Assembly (NCBI GenBank): GCA_964644705.1
Contig: CAZXYF010000003.1
Coordinates: 1-38,637 of the forward strand
Reading direction: 5' to 3'
DNA length: 38,637 nt
Source: an uncultured candidatus Brocadiaceae bacterium
GTDB lineage: Bacteria; Planctomycetota; Brocadiia; SM23-32
Below, in pieces: positions 38,315 to 38,637 of this stretch (its first letter is position 1; each line of letters opens with the position of its first letter). The notes under the pieces are model-generated. The model worked only from the letters and a program-made list of their open reading frames with translations. It did not search any database and was not told where the DNA came from. Made by a program: the position numbers and the translations under genes.

Positions 38315-38542
38315 TTAGCGTCCTCCGCCGCTTTTGAGCTATTTTTCTCGTTTCATGGCCTCCGCGCGGTCGGCGCATTTTTCGGAATAGAGGATATCCC
38401 AGGGTCCGGGCAGGCGTTGGGTATGGAGAGTCAGGTCGCATTCGGGATCGTTGTGCAGCTGGAGGCGCCGTTCCAGGTCAGCGGTTTGCCCCACGTAGGT
38501 GTCGCCGTTTTCGTTGACGAGAACATACACGTAAAAAGCCAT
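38315..38542 (-). pseudogene. Short GIY-YIG nuclease with in-frame stops
   Basis: MAFYVYVL...TYVGQTADLERRLQLHN...GPW...EAMKREK*LKSGGGR*. TAG at 38339-38341 interrupts the conserved RE.xLKSG.GR motif, and TAA follows at 38315-38317. Confidence 0.85.
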
Positions 38543-38565
38543 AGCATATCCCGGGTACATAAAAA

Positions 38566-38637
38566 TGGCTCCTCGGGTAGGACTCGAACCTACAGTTCGC
38601 CGTACGGCGAATTAACAGCCACCCGCTCTACCATTGA
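38566..38637 (-). tRNA. tRNA-Asn(GTT)-like gene, altered by a palindromic insertion; 5' end lies beyond the window
   Basis: Minus strand TCAATGGTAGAGC (D arm), GGTGG-CTGTTAA, TTCGCCGTACGGCGAA, GTAGG-TTCGAGT-CCTAC, CCGAGGA-G-CCA. Confidence 0.8.

Overview
This is a bacterial chromosomal window of mostly housekeeping genes. Gene content (H-X9-DG/prepilin-like proteins, a GH106-like hydrolase, a heparinase II/III-like protein) and strongly Asp/Glu-rich proteins suggest a PVC/Planctomycetota-like and possibly halophilic organism; this is inference. It opens with an ORF-less group II intron (~61-822). Next come rny, a flavodoxin-like gene, queC, an HU/IHF gene, pyrC, a NYN-like gene, xerC and tRNA-Ser(GGA). 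These are followed by an Rrf2-thi4-iscS-nadA-iscU cluster, yhaM, two large carbohydrate-active enzymes, an MlaEFD/PqiC-type ABC operon, thpR, metG, a Gfo/Idh/MocA gene, a fumC/aspA remnant and a TauE gene. The window ends with a tRNA-Asn-like gene carrying a perfect 16-bp palindrome, directly upstream of a GIY-YIG pseudogene. The most striking unexplained signal is a set of long intergenic regions (~896-1204, ~1384-1797, ~5121-5607, ~8515-9002). Each folds by eye on the + strand into nested long-range helices with G-U pairs and matches no RNA family I recognise. Also notable are a Cys-type (suicide-type, haloarchaeal-like) Thi4 inside an isc-type cluster and IS200/IS605-like hairpins flanking the lyase gene. 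All structures were found by eye, and no folding or database search was run.
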